NCBI GenBank assembly: GCA_027340875.1
Contig: DAIENX010000078.1
Location: forward strand, 1-11,889
Reading direction: 5' to 3'
Length of the DNA stretch: 11,889 nt
From: Elusimicrobiota bacterium
GTDB taxonomy: Bacteria; Elusimicrobiota; Elusimicrobia; Elusimicrobiales; UBA9959
The notes under the pieces are model-generated. The model made no database searches. It worked only from the letters and a program-made list of their open reading frames with translations, and was not told the DNA's origin. Shown in pieces: positions 1 to 7,162 of the stretch (its first letter is position 1; each line of letters begins with the position of its first letter). The position numbers were made by a program, and so were the translations under genes.

Positions 1-158
1 GGCCGCGCGGCGTGGCCGACCGCGCGACATCTCGCGGATAAGCTTCCCCGGACCGCAGAATCGGAGGCGGAAAGCGGTATTTATACAGTTTCCGCGGGAT
101 GTTGCGCAAAGTAAGTTCGAACTTTATCCCTGAAACTCCGCGGTTTTTCACGCGGCAC

Positions 159-197
159 AAACGAAAAAAGACAGCCACCAGCTGTCTTTTTTCGTTT
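159..197. terminator. Intrinsic terminator, probably bidirectional, downstream of the mgtA-EIIA operon
   Basis: Perfect 17-bp inverted repeat AAACGAAAAAAGACAGC (159-175) / GCTGTCTTTTTTCGTTT (181-197) with a 5-nt loop and A/T tracts on both sides; 13 bp beyond the stop at 211. Confidence 0.8.
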
Positions 198-210
198 CCC
201 GGCGGCGGGC

Positions 211-987
211 TCAGCGCTTTACCGCTATGCAGTCGTACATAACGCGTTCGGCCTTGTAGGCGGAGCGCGACCGGACGAAGACCTTGTAGGCCCCCGCTTC
301 GAAATCCTGTTTTTCCCCGATAGGCCCGATCTCGGCCGCCTCCAGCAGCTTCACCAGCTCGGCGTCCTGGGACAGGGCGATATGCTTCGGTCCCGCGCCG
401 GCTATCAGGTAGAGCGGCACAATGCGGTCCAGGGCCTGTGGAACCGCCAGAGCCTGCTCGGCCGCCAGGGCCTGCTTCGCCTCCAGCTTGATCATGCGCG
501 CCTTGGCCTGCGGCATCGTGGTGTCGATAGAGGCGGAAACCCAGTTCAGCAGCTCGTTGCGCACGTCGTTGAGCGCGGCCGCCTTCTCGATGTTCTCTAT
601 GCCCTTGCCGGCCTGGATCGACTTGGCCAGCCCGGAAAGCTCCTTCAGGTAGGCCATGCGCTGGTTGCCGGGGATGTAGTACATCACGAGCAGGTGCACC
701 TTATTGCCGTCGGGGGCGCCGTAATCTATGCCGGCCGGGCTCCAGCCCAGCACCGAGAACAGCTCGCCGTCCCCGTCCACGCGGATATGCGGGCAGGCCC
801 AGCCGCGGCCTATGCCGGTGTTGGCCGATCTTTCCCTCTCCATCACGCCCTCGGCCACGTCCACGTTGGCGCTGACGTCCGGTATGGCCTCGAGTATCGT
901 GGCCAGGTAGCGCAGGGCCTTCTCCTTGTCGGTCTCGGGCAGCTCTATCAGTCTGCCTTCCTGAAGCGCGGTGAGTATGCTTTTCAT
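211..987 (-). CDS. PTS EIIA (fructose/mannitol/Ntr-type) domain protein with a ~100-aa C-terminal extension
   Basis: ERERSANTGIGRGWACPH matches the EIIA RE..STGIG.G.AIPH motif (His67 retained); GIDYGAPDGNKVHLLV matches the typical GIDF.APDG.PV motif. ATG overlaps the ATPase stop (TGATG). Confidence 0.85.
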   Translation of the reverse strand: MKSILTALQEGRLIELPETDKEKALRYLATILEAIPDVSANVDVAEGVMERERSANTGIGRGWACPHIRVDGDGELFSVLGWSPAGIDYGAPDGNKVHLLVMYYIPGNQRMAYLKELSGLAKSIQAGKGIENIEKAAALNDVRNELLNWVSASIDTTMPQAKARMIKLEAKQALAAEQALAVPQALDRIVPLYLIAGAGPKHIALSQDAELVKLLEAAEIGPIGEKQDFEAGAYKVFVRSRSAYKAERVMYDCIAVKR

Positions 988-3644
988 CAGTCGTCTCCGA
1001 ACTTGCGGTAGAACCAGGTCTTGACGTTATGCGTCAGCACGGCGTAGGCGAGCAGGAAGCCGGCTATCCAAAGCCAGTAGGCGCCGGGCAGCGGCACGAA
1101 GCCCAGCTTGCCGGCGAAGTGCGTATGCGGCAGGAACACGCCTATCGTCACGGCCATCGCGGTGGCGAAGACCATGCCCATGCTCGGCGTGCTCTGCAGG
1201 AAGGGTATCTTCTTGGTGCGGATGATGTAGACGATGAAGGTCTGCGTCAGCAGCGACTCGACGAACCAGCCGGTGTGGAAGAGCTTCTCCAGGTAGGCCG
1301 CCTGCGGCGTGCCGGCCGAGGCCGGGAAGGCCGCGCAGCCGAAGACGTAGAGCATCAGGAAGAAGGTGGCGTAGTCGAACAGCGAGCTGATGGGCCCGAC
1401 GAACAGCATGAACTTCTTGATGTTGCCGATGTTCCACTTCTTCGGCTTCTCCAGGTATTCCTCGTCCACCTTGTCCGTCGGGATGCCCGTCTGCGAGATG
1501 TCGTAGAGCAGGTTGTTCATCAGTATCTGGATAGGCAGCATCGGCAGGAACGGCAGGAAGTAGCTGGCGCCTACCACGCTGAACATGTTGCCGAAGTTGG
1601 AGCTCGCCCCCATCTTGATGTACTTGGTGATGTTGCCGAAGACCTTGCGCCCCTCGATGATCCCCTCCTCGAGGACCACCAGGTTCTTCTCCAGCAGGAT
1701 GATGTCGGCCGATTCCTTGGCCACGTCCACCGCCGTGTCCACCGAGATCCCCACGTCGGCGAGGTTCAGCGCCGGCGCGTCGTTGATGCCGTCCCCCAGG
1801 AAGCCGACCACGTGGCCAGCCTTCTGCAGGGCGGCTATCACCTGCTCCTTCTGCGCCGGGGAGAGGCGCGCGAACACGCTGGCCTTCTCCGCGGCCGCGG
1901 CGAACTCCGGCTCGCTCATCGCGGCCAGCTGCGCCCCGGTCAGCACGCCGCCCTCGCCCAGGCCCACGTCCTTGCAGATCTTCTGCGTCACCAGCTCGTT
2001 GTCGCCGGTGAGTATCTTTATGCCCACCCCCATCCGCTCCAGGCCCGCCAGCGCCCGGGCGGCGGAATCCTTGGGCGGGTCGAAGAAGGCGAGGTAGCCC
2101 AGCAGCACCAGGTCGGACTCGTCCCTGGCGCCGAAGGACGTCCTGTCCTTCGGGAATTCCTTGTAGGCCACGGCCAGCACGCGGTAGCCCGCGCGCGAGA
2201 GCCGCTCGTACTCCTCCATCAGGTCGCGCTTGATGACGTCTATCAGCGGCAGGACCTCGTCGTCGAGCTGGTAGGAGCCGCAGGCGCTGTAGATGTCCTC
2301 CACCGAGCCCTTCGTGATCATCACGTGCGAGCCCTCGTACTCTATGATGACGGACATGCGCTTGCGCTGGAAGTCGAAAGGGATCTCGTCCACCTTGCGG
2401 CAGCTGCGCTCCACGTCGAGGTCCGTATGCGAGAGTATGGCCCGGTCGAGCAGGTTGCGCAGGCCGGTCTGGTAATAGCTGTTCATGTAGGCGTAGCGCA
2501 GCACGTCGTCGCTGTGCTGGTTGGCCACGTCCACGAACCTCTCCAGCACGATGCGGTCCTGCGTCAGCGTGCCTGTCTTGTCCGTGCAGAGTATGTCTAT
2601 CGCGCCGAAGTTCTGGATGGAATGGAGGCGCTTTACGATGACCTTCTTCTTCGACATCACCAGCGCGCCCTTGGAGAGGTTCACGGTCAGGATCATCGGC
2701 AGCATCTCGGGCGTCAGGCCCACGGCCACCGACATCGCGAACAGCAGCGCCTGCAGCCAGTCGCCCTTCGTCAGGCCGACGATCAGGAAGACCAGGCTGA
2801 CCATCACCACCATGAAGCGGATCATCAGCCAGGTGAAGTCCTGGATGCCGCGGTCGAAGCTGGTCTGCGTCTTCTCGCCGGCCAGCCGCGCGGAGATGGA
2901 GCCCAGGTAGGTGCGCTCGCCGGTGTTGACGGCCACGCCGCGGGCGCTGCCGCTGACCACGTAGCTGCCCTGGAAGCAGGCGTTCGGCAGCTCGATGACC
3001 GAGGCCGGCGGCTCGCCGGAGAGCTCGGCCGTCTTCTCTATCGGCATCGACTCGCCCGTCAGCGCCGACTGGCTCAGGAAGAAGTCCTTGGCGGAGATCA
3101 GCCGCAGGTCGGCGGGGATTATGGCGCCCGCATGCAGCACGACTATATCTCCGGGCACCAGGTCCACGGTCGGGATCTCCGTCTCCTTGCCGCCGCGCAG
3201 CACCAGGGTGTTGGCCTGCACCATCTTCTGCAGCTCTTCCACGGCCTTGCCGGAGCGCGTCTCCTGCACGTAGGAGAGGACCACGCTCAGGAAGACCATT
3301 CCGCCCACCACGGCCGCGGAGCGGTCGTCGCCTATCCACAGCGAGATGAGGCCGATGACAAGCAGCTGCACCGCAAGCGGGTTCTTGAAGCGCTCGATTA
3401 TCTCGAAGACGAAGAATTTCTTCTCTTTCCTGGAAAGCGCGTTGAAGCCCCAGCGCGCCCTGGCGGCCTCGGCCTGTTCGGGAGCGAGGCCGGACTGGGA
3501 AGAGCCCAGCTCCGCCAGCGCCTCGTCGGCCGGCCGCGAGCAGGCGCCCTGCAGGCGGCGGTCGTTGTCGGACAGGACCGAGGCCTGGGACTTTACGCCC
3601 TGTCTGACGCGGGAAGGGACCAGCTTTTCGAACGGCAGCCTCAT
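987..3644 (-). CDS. mgtA: Magnesium-translocating P-type ATPase (MgtA/MgtB, P3B type), 885 aa
   Basis: TGES actuator motif, VGLTPEMLP (MgtA-type TM4), DKTGT phosphorylation site, GDGINDAPAL, MGASSNFGNMFS, FHTGWFVESL. Start moved from the ORF-track 3686 to ATG 3644 (MRLPFEK), which lies just downstream of a promoter-like -10 box. mgtA and mgtB cannot be distinguished by eye. Confidence 0.93.
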   Translation of the reverse strand: MRLPFEKLVPSRVRQGVKSQASVLSDNDRRLQGACSRPADEALAELGSSQSGLAPEQAEAARARWGFNALSRKEKKFFVFEIIERFKNPLAVQLLVIGLISLWIGDDRSAAVVGGMVFLSVVLSYVQETRSGKAVEELQKMVQANTLVLRGGKETEIPTVDLVPGDIVVLHAGAIIPADLRLISAKDFFLSQSALTGESMPIEKTAELSGEPPASVIELPNACFQGSYVVSGSARGVAVNTGERTYLGSISARLAGEKTQTSFDRGIQDFTWLMIRFMVVMVSLVFLIVGLTKGDWLQALLFAMSVAVGLTPEMLPMILTVNLSKGALVMSKKKVIVKRLHSIQNFGAIDILCTDKTGTLTQDRIVLERFVDVANQHSDDVLRYAYMNSYYQTGLRNLLDRAILSHTDLDVERSCRKVDEIPFDFQRKRMSVIIEYEGSHVMITKGSVEDIYSACGSYQLDDEVLPLIDVIKRDLMEEYERLSRAGYRVLAVAYKEFPKDRTSFGARDESDLVLLGYLAFFDPPKDSAARALAGLERMGVGIKILTGDNELVTQKICKDVGLGEGGVLTGAQLAAMSEPEFAAAAEKASVFARLSPAQKEQVIAALQKAGHVVGFLGDGINDAPALNLADVGISVDTAVDVAKESADIILLEKNLVVLEEGIIEGRKVFGNITKYIKMGASSNFGNMFSVVGASYFLPFLPMLPIQILMNNLLYDISQTGIPTDKVDEEYLEKPKKWNIGNIKKFMLFVGPISSLFDYATFFLMLYVFGCAAFPASAGTPQAAYLEKLFHTGWFVESLLTQTFIVYIIRTKKIPFLQSTPSMGMVFATAMAVTIGVFLPHTHFAGKLGFVPLPGAYWLWIAGFLLAYAVLTHNVKTWFYRKFGDD

Positions 3645-3681
3645 TAATAGGATTATATTTCTTCGCCGCGAGGCCGGGCAA
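3645..3681 (-). promoter_or_regulatory. Sigma70-type promoter of mgtA, probably leaderless
   Basis: Minus strand TTGCCC (3681-3676) - 18 nt - TATAAT (3657-3652) - 7 nt - ATG (3644); no Shine-Dalgarno sequence. Confidence 0.6.
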
Positions 3682-3735
3682 TTCAAATTACGGACAAGAT
3701 TCGCGGACGGACGCCCGCCCGGCTTCCCGATTTTA

Positions 3736-3741
3736 TATAAT
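3736..3741 (+). promoter_or_regulatory. Putative -10 box for the leader + tRNA-Ser transcript
   Basis: Perfect TATAAT in an AT-rich patch of otherwise GC-rich DNA; no clear -35. Confidence 0.4.
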
Positions 3742-3757
3742 CTATTTCCGCCATATG

Positions 3758-3929
3758 CCCGCGCGCCTCATTCGTAGCAAGCGCGGGGACCTTATGGAAG
3801 GGTTCAGCGAGCGTTCACGGCTCTAATGCCGCGAATAGCGAGCGGCGAAGGGAAACCCCGTTTCCCTTGCGTCGCACCCGGCCGACGAAGGCCGGGCGGT
3901 TGATCCGCCCCGCGCATGCGGGGTGCGAC
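3758..3929 (+). ncRNA. Structured RNA or palindromic element upstream of tRNA-Ser, ending in a four-way junction (family not recognised)
   Basis: Hairpins at 3758-3787, 3814-3835 and 3848-3868, then a 59-nt four-helix junction at 3871-3929. Strand inferred from the -10 box and the tRNA. Confidence 0.4.
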
Positions 3930-3933
3930 AGGT

Positions 3934-4018
3934 GGAGAGGTGTGTGAGCGGTTGAAACAGCAGGTCTCGAAAACCTGTAGGGGTAACACCCTCGAGGGTT
4001 CGAATCCCTCCCTCTCCG
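3934..4018 (+). tRNA. tRNA-Ser (anticodon CGA); 3' CCA not encoded
   Basis: Acceptor stem GGAGAGG/CCTCTCC, G discriminator, anticodon arm CAGGT-CT-CGA-AA-ACCTG (CGA at 3968-3970), long variable arm AGGG/CCCT, T arm GAGGG-TTCGAAT-CCCTC. Confidence 0.97.
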
Positions 4019-4096
4019 AAGATTTTTTCCTGCGGAAAATATCGGCGCGGTGTCCGTAGCGGCGCAGGACAGCGAAGTTCACTTCGAACCATTTTA

Positions 4097-4122
4097 AAGA
4101 AAGCCCCAATTGGGGCTTTCTT
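4097..4122. terminator. Palindromic intrinsic terminator downstream of tRNA-Ser
   Basis: 26-bp perfect palindrome AAGAAAGCCCCAATTGGGGCTTTCTT with AT-rich flanks. Confidence 0.7.
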
Positions 4123-4227
4123 AATTTGGTGAGGAGAGGAGGTGACCCGTGACCGAATCTCGCCACCGCGCCCGCTCCGAATCCCTCCCCTTACTTCCCC
4201 CGCCTTTTTTTATACAATTCTAACAGC

Positions 4228-5781
4228 ATGACGGCCAAAGCGAACATCCTCGTTGTTGACGACGAACCCCAGATCGCGGAGCTTATCTCCTACGCGCTGA
4301 CCTCCAACGGCTACTCGGTCTCGGTGGCCGGTGACGGCGAGACGGCGGTGAAGCTGGCGGCCGAAGGCGACTTCGACCTGGCCATCATGGACATACAGAT
4401 GCCGGGCATGGACGGCATCACCGCGCTGGGCGAGCTGAAGAAGCTGGACCCCGAGATAGAGGTCATCATCGCCACCGGCCACGGCACGATGGGCACGGCC
4501 ATACAGAGCCTGCGCAAGGGCGCCTTCGACTACCTGCACAAGCCTTTCGACGTCAGGGAACTGCTGGGGATGGTGGAGCGGGCGTTGGAGAAGCGCAAGT
4601 TCAACGACATCACCCGGGCCATCTTCTCCACCGTGAAGCCGGAGGAGCAGCTGAGGATCATCGTGGATTCGGTCGCGCGCATACTCAAGGCGGAAGAATC
4701 GCTGCTCGTGCTGTCGGATAAGGGCGGCAAGCCGCGCATAGCGGTGTCCGAGGGCGTGGAGGACGGCGCGCCGAAGGAGCAGCGGCTGGCCATGTGCGCG
4801 CGCGCGCTGGAGCGCCTGGACGGCGCCTCCAAACCGGTCATCCTGGTCGAGAACCCCTCCGAGAACAAGGATTTCGCCGGTATCGACGGACTGCAAGGCC
4901 TGAAGTTCTCCCTCTTCCTGCCGCTCCTGGACGAAAGCGGCCCCACCGGGCTCATCAACATCAACCGCCTGGACAACGGGGCCCATTTCACCGAGGACGA
5001 CCTGCAGCGCGCCAGGATATTCGGCTCGCTGGTGAACCTCGCGCTGCGCAATTCCAGCCTTTACCGCAGGCTGCGCGAGACGCAGGAGCAGCTGATACAG
5101 GCGGAGAAGATGTCAGCGCTGGGCCAGCTGGCCGGCGGCCTCGCGCATGAGATCAACAACCCGCTGTCCGGCATACTGGGCCTGACCCAGCTGGTACTTG
5201 AGAACACGCCTAAGGACAGCCAGAACTACGCCGACCTGAAGGACATCGAGAAGGCCGTGTTCCGCTGCAAGAAGATCATAGTGTCGCTGCTGTCCTTCTC
5301 GCGTCAGGAGAAGGAGCACCTGGAGCCTTGCAGCATCAACGAGATCATCGAGGAGACCCTGACCCTCTGCGCCCGCCAGATGGAACTGCAGCACATAAAG
5401 ATAGAGCGCAGGCTGGCTCCCGGCCTGCCGCTGGTCAACGCCGATTTCCAGCAGCTGATGCAGGTCTACCTGAACCTCTTCACCAACGCCCGCGACGCTA
5501 TGCCCGACGGCGGGGAGCTCACCGTGACCACGGAGCTGCGCGGGGACCAGGCCGGCCCGCAGACCATAGTAAGCTCCGTTTCCGACAGCGGGTCCGGCAT
5601 CCCGCCGGAGATAGCCGGCAAGTTGTTCGACCCCTTCTTCACCACCAAGCCCGTAGGCCAGGGTACCGGGCTCGGGCTTTCCGTCTGTCTGGGCATAATC
5701 AACTCCCATAAAGGAAAGATCGCCGCGGAGGGGAACCCGGGAAAGGGATCCACCTTCACGATAGAGATGCCGGTGCCCTGA
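4228..5781 (+). CDS. Cytoplasmic hybrid sensor kinase (N-terminal receiver - GAF-like - HisKA - HATPase_c)
   Basis: Receiver ILVVDDE...DIQMPGMDG...ATG...KPF; central segment with GAF-like FLPL/FTEDDL features; H-box EKMSALGQLAGGLAHEINNPL; N-box QVYLNLFTNARDA; DSGSG, FDPFFTTK and GTGLGL boxes; no obvious transmembrane helix. Confidence 0.92.
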   Translation: MTAKANILVVDDEPQIAELISYALTSNGYSVSVAGDGETAVKLAAEGDFDLAIMDIQMPGMDGITALGELKKLDPEIEVIIATGHGTMGTAIQSLRKGAFDYLHKPFDVRELLGMVERALEKRKFNDITRAIFSTVKPEEQLRIIVDSVARILKAEESLLVLSDKGGKPRIAVSEGVEDGAPKEQRLAMCARALERLDGASKPVILVENPSENKDFAGIDGLQGLKFSLFLPLLDESGPTGLININRLDNGAHFTEDDLQRARIFGSLVNLALRNSSLYRRLRETQEQLIQAEKMSALGQLAGGLAHEINNPLSGILGLTQLVLENTPKDSQNYADLKDIEKAVFRCKKIIVSLLSFSRQEKEHLEPCSINEIIEETLTLCARQMELQHIKIERRLAPGLPLVNADFQQLMQVYLNLFTNARDAMPDGGELTVTTELRGDQAGPQTIVSSVSDSGSGIPPEIAGKLFDPFFTTKPVGQGTGLGLSVCLGIINSHKGKIAAEGNPGKGSTFTIEMPVP

Positions 5782-5783
5782 CA

Positions 5784-6143
5784 ATGGCCAGGAAAGTCCT
5801 TATAGTAGACGACGAGGAGCTGGTGCGCAAGTACGTGCGCCGGGCCCTGGCCAGCCGCGGCTGGGAGATCACGGACGCCTCCAACGGCTCGGAAGCGCTG
5901 GCGGCGCTGGAGTCCGCGGATTTCGACGCCGTGATCTGCGACCTGAAGATGCCGGACCTGCGCGGGGAAGAGGTCATACGGAGGATGCGCGAGAGGCATC
6001 CAGGCCTGAAGATAGTCGCCATCACCGGCTCCGTCTCCAACCTCAAGAGCCCGCTGCTGCCTGGCGTAGAAGTGGAAGGCTTCCTGATAAAGCCTTTCGG
6101 GATAGACGAGATCCGGGACCTGATGGAAAAGATAGTACCCTAG
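5784..6143 (+). CDS. Single-domain (CheY-like) response regulator
   Basis: LIVDDE, phospho-acceptor DLKMP, ITG and KPF motifs; starts 2 nt after the kinase stop. Confidence 0.92.
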   Translation: MARKVLIVDDEELVRKYVRRALASRGWEITDASNGSEALAALESADFDAVICDLKMPDLRGEEVIRRMRERHPGLKIVAITGSVSNLKSPLLPGVEVEGFLIKPFGIDEIRDLMEKIVP

Positions 6144-6191
6144 CCGCCGCCGACCGGCCGCAAGACCCGGGCGCCGCCCGTCCAGAGCACT

Positions 6192-7100
6192 TCAGTGCAG
6201 CCCGCAGTCGTCCGAGACCCTCCCCTCCTCCTCCATCAGCTTTAGCACCGCGTTCATCTCCGGCACGGACACTTCCACCGGGGCCGGGGAGCGGTGCAGG
6301 TCGTTGAGCATCGCGTAGAACTTCTTCCTGTCCTCCTTGTCCATTATCTCCCCGCCGGGATTGCGCCTGAGCCCGGCGCTGGAGAAGGAGGGGTCGCGCA
6401 TCTTTATGGCCCAGTACTTGGCCTTCGCGGGCAGCGCGGCCTTCTGCATGGCCGCAAGCCTCGCGCGCCTGGCGTTGCAGGTCTCGGTACCGAGGCTCGC
6501 GGGAGCGTCGCGGAAATCCACCGGCTGGGGCTGTATGTCCTCGTCGCGGAACATCTCGGCCAGCGAGCGCAGGTCGGGCACTTCGAACTGGAAATCAGGG
6601 TCGTCGGGCATCAGCTCCCACTGCCTGTCGGCCTGCGCCTCCACCGTGTGCAGCACCTCGCCGGTGAGCGGGTCTATCATCTTGGCTATGATCTTGAGCT
6701 TGTCCCTGGTCCCGAAGATGGTGCCGACGATTATAGCGTCGCTGGGGTTGATGCGCTTGCTCTCGTTCTCGGTCTCGTCGGTAATGCCGGAGGCGGCCAG
6801 GCGGCGCTCCTCCAGGACCTTGCTAAGTTGCGCGCGCTCCAGCAGATTCACCTTGCCCGACGCCACCAACGAGGACAGCAGCTTCTCGGAAACGTATTCG
6901 CTCTCCTCGCGCGAGGTCCTGGCCTTCCTGGCGAAGCCTATGACGGCCAGGTTCCTGACGTTCCTGGTGGCCGAATATTTGGCGAAGTCGTTCGCCATCT
7001 TCTTGTAGACGTCCTCGGCGGCGGATGAGGGATGGGACAGGAGCAACGCGGCGCCGGCCGTCGCCAAGGTGAGCTTTATGGTTTTACCCGGAATTTCCAT
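6192..7100 (-). CDS. Secreted/envelope protein with a FlgO/CsgG-like N-terminal domain and an unknown C-terminal domain
   Basis: Signal-peptide-like N-terminus (KLTLATAGAALLLSHPSSA-A); LAVIGF...LLERAQLSKVLEE...DAIIVGT...KMIDPLTGEVL resembles the FlgO/CsgG pattern; strong SD AAAGGAGG. Confidence 0.7.
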   Translation of the reverse strand: MEIPGKTIKLTLATAGAALLLSHPSSAAEDVYKKMANDFAKYSATRNVRNLAVIGFARKARTSREESEYVSEKLLSSLVASGKVNLLERAQLSKVLEERRLAASGITDETENESKRINPSDAIIVGTIFGTRDKLKIIAKMIDPLTGEVLHTVEAQADRQWELMPDDPDFQFEVPDLRSLAEMFRDEDIQPQPVDFRDAPASLGTETCNARRARLAAMQKAALPAKAKYWAIKMRDPSFSSAGLRRNPGGEIMDKEDRKKFYAMLNDLHRSPAPVEVSVPEMNAVLKLMEEEGRVSDDCGLH

Positions 7101-7162
7101 AACCCCTCCTTTCCCCGCGAATATATCCTAGCGGACGAGGTTACGGCAATGAGCAAGGAATG

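Noticed and set aside
1027..3681. Very long overlapping ORFs (884 aa minus alternate frame, 872 aa plus strand) over mgtA
   Set aside because: Arg/Gly/Pro-rich or antisense translations without motifs; expected shadow ORFs from GC-rich codon bias.
3755..3826. 23-aa plus-strand ORF MPARLIRSKRGDLMEGFSERSRL
   Set aside because: No SD and no recognisable features; lies within a hairpin-rich leader.
3645..3933. M-box (ykoK) Mg2+ riboswitch upstream of mgtA
   Set aside because: The minus strand has short look-alikes (CATAAGGT, TGAGGC) but in the wrong order and without the rest of the consensus; a promoter also sits directly at the ATG.
3742..4130. SRP RNA, tmRNA or tRNA-Sec next to tRNA-Ser
   Set aside because: No SRP helix-8 motif (CAGG...GGAA...AGCAG), no tmRNA termini and no UCA anticodon arm found.
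3804..4166. Minus-strand ORFs of 120 aa and 89 aa
   Set aside because: They are antisense readings of the tRNA and terminator (EREGFEPS is the classic antisense-tRNA translation).
6144..6191. Terminator between the convergent genes
   Set aside because: Only a 5-bp GC stem with no U tract.
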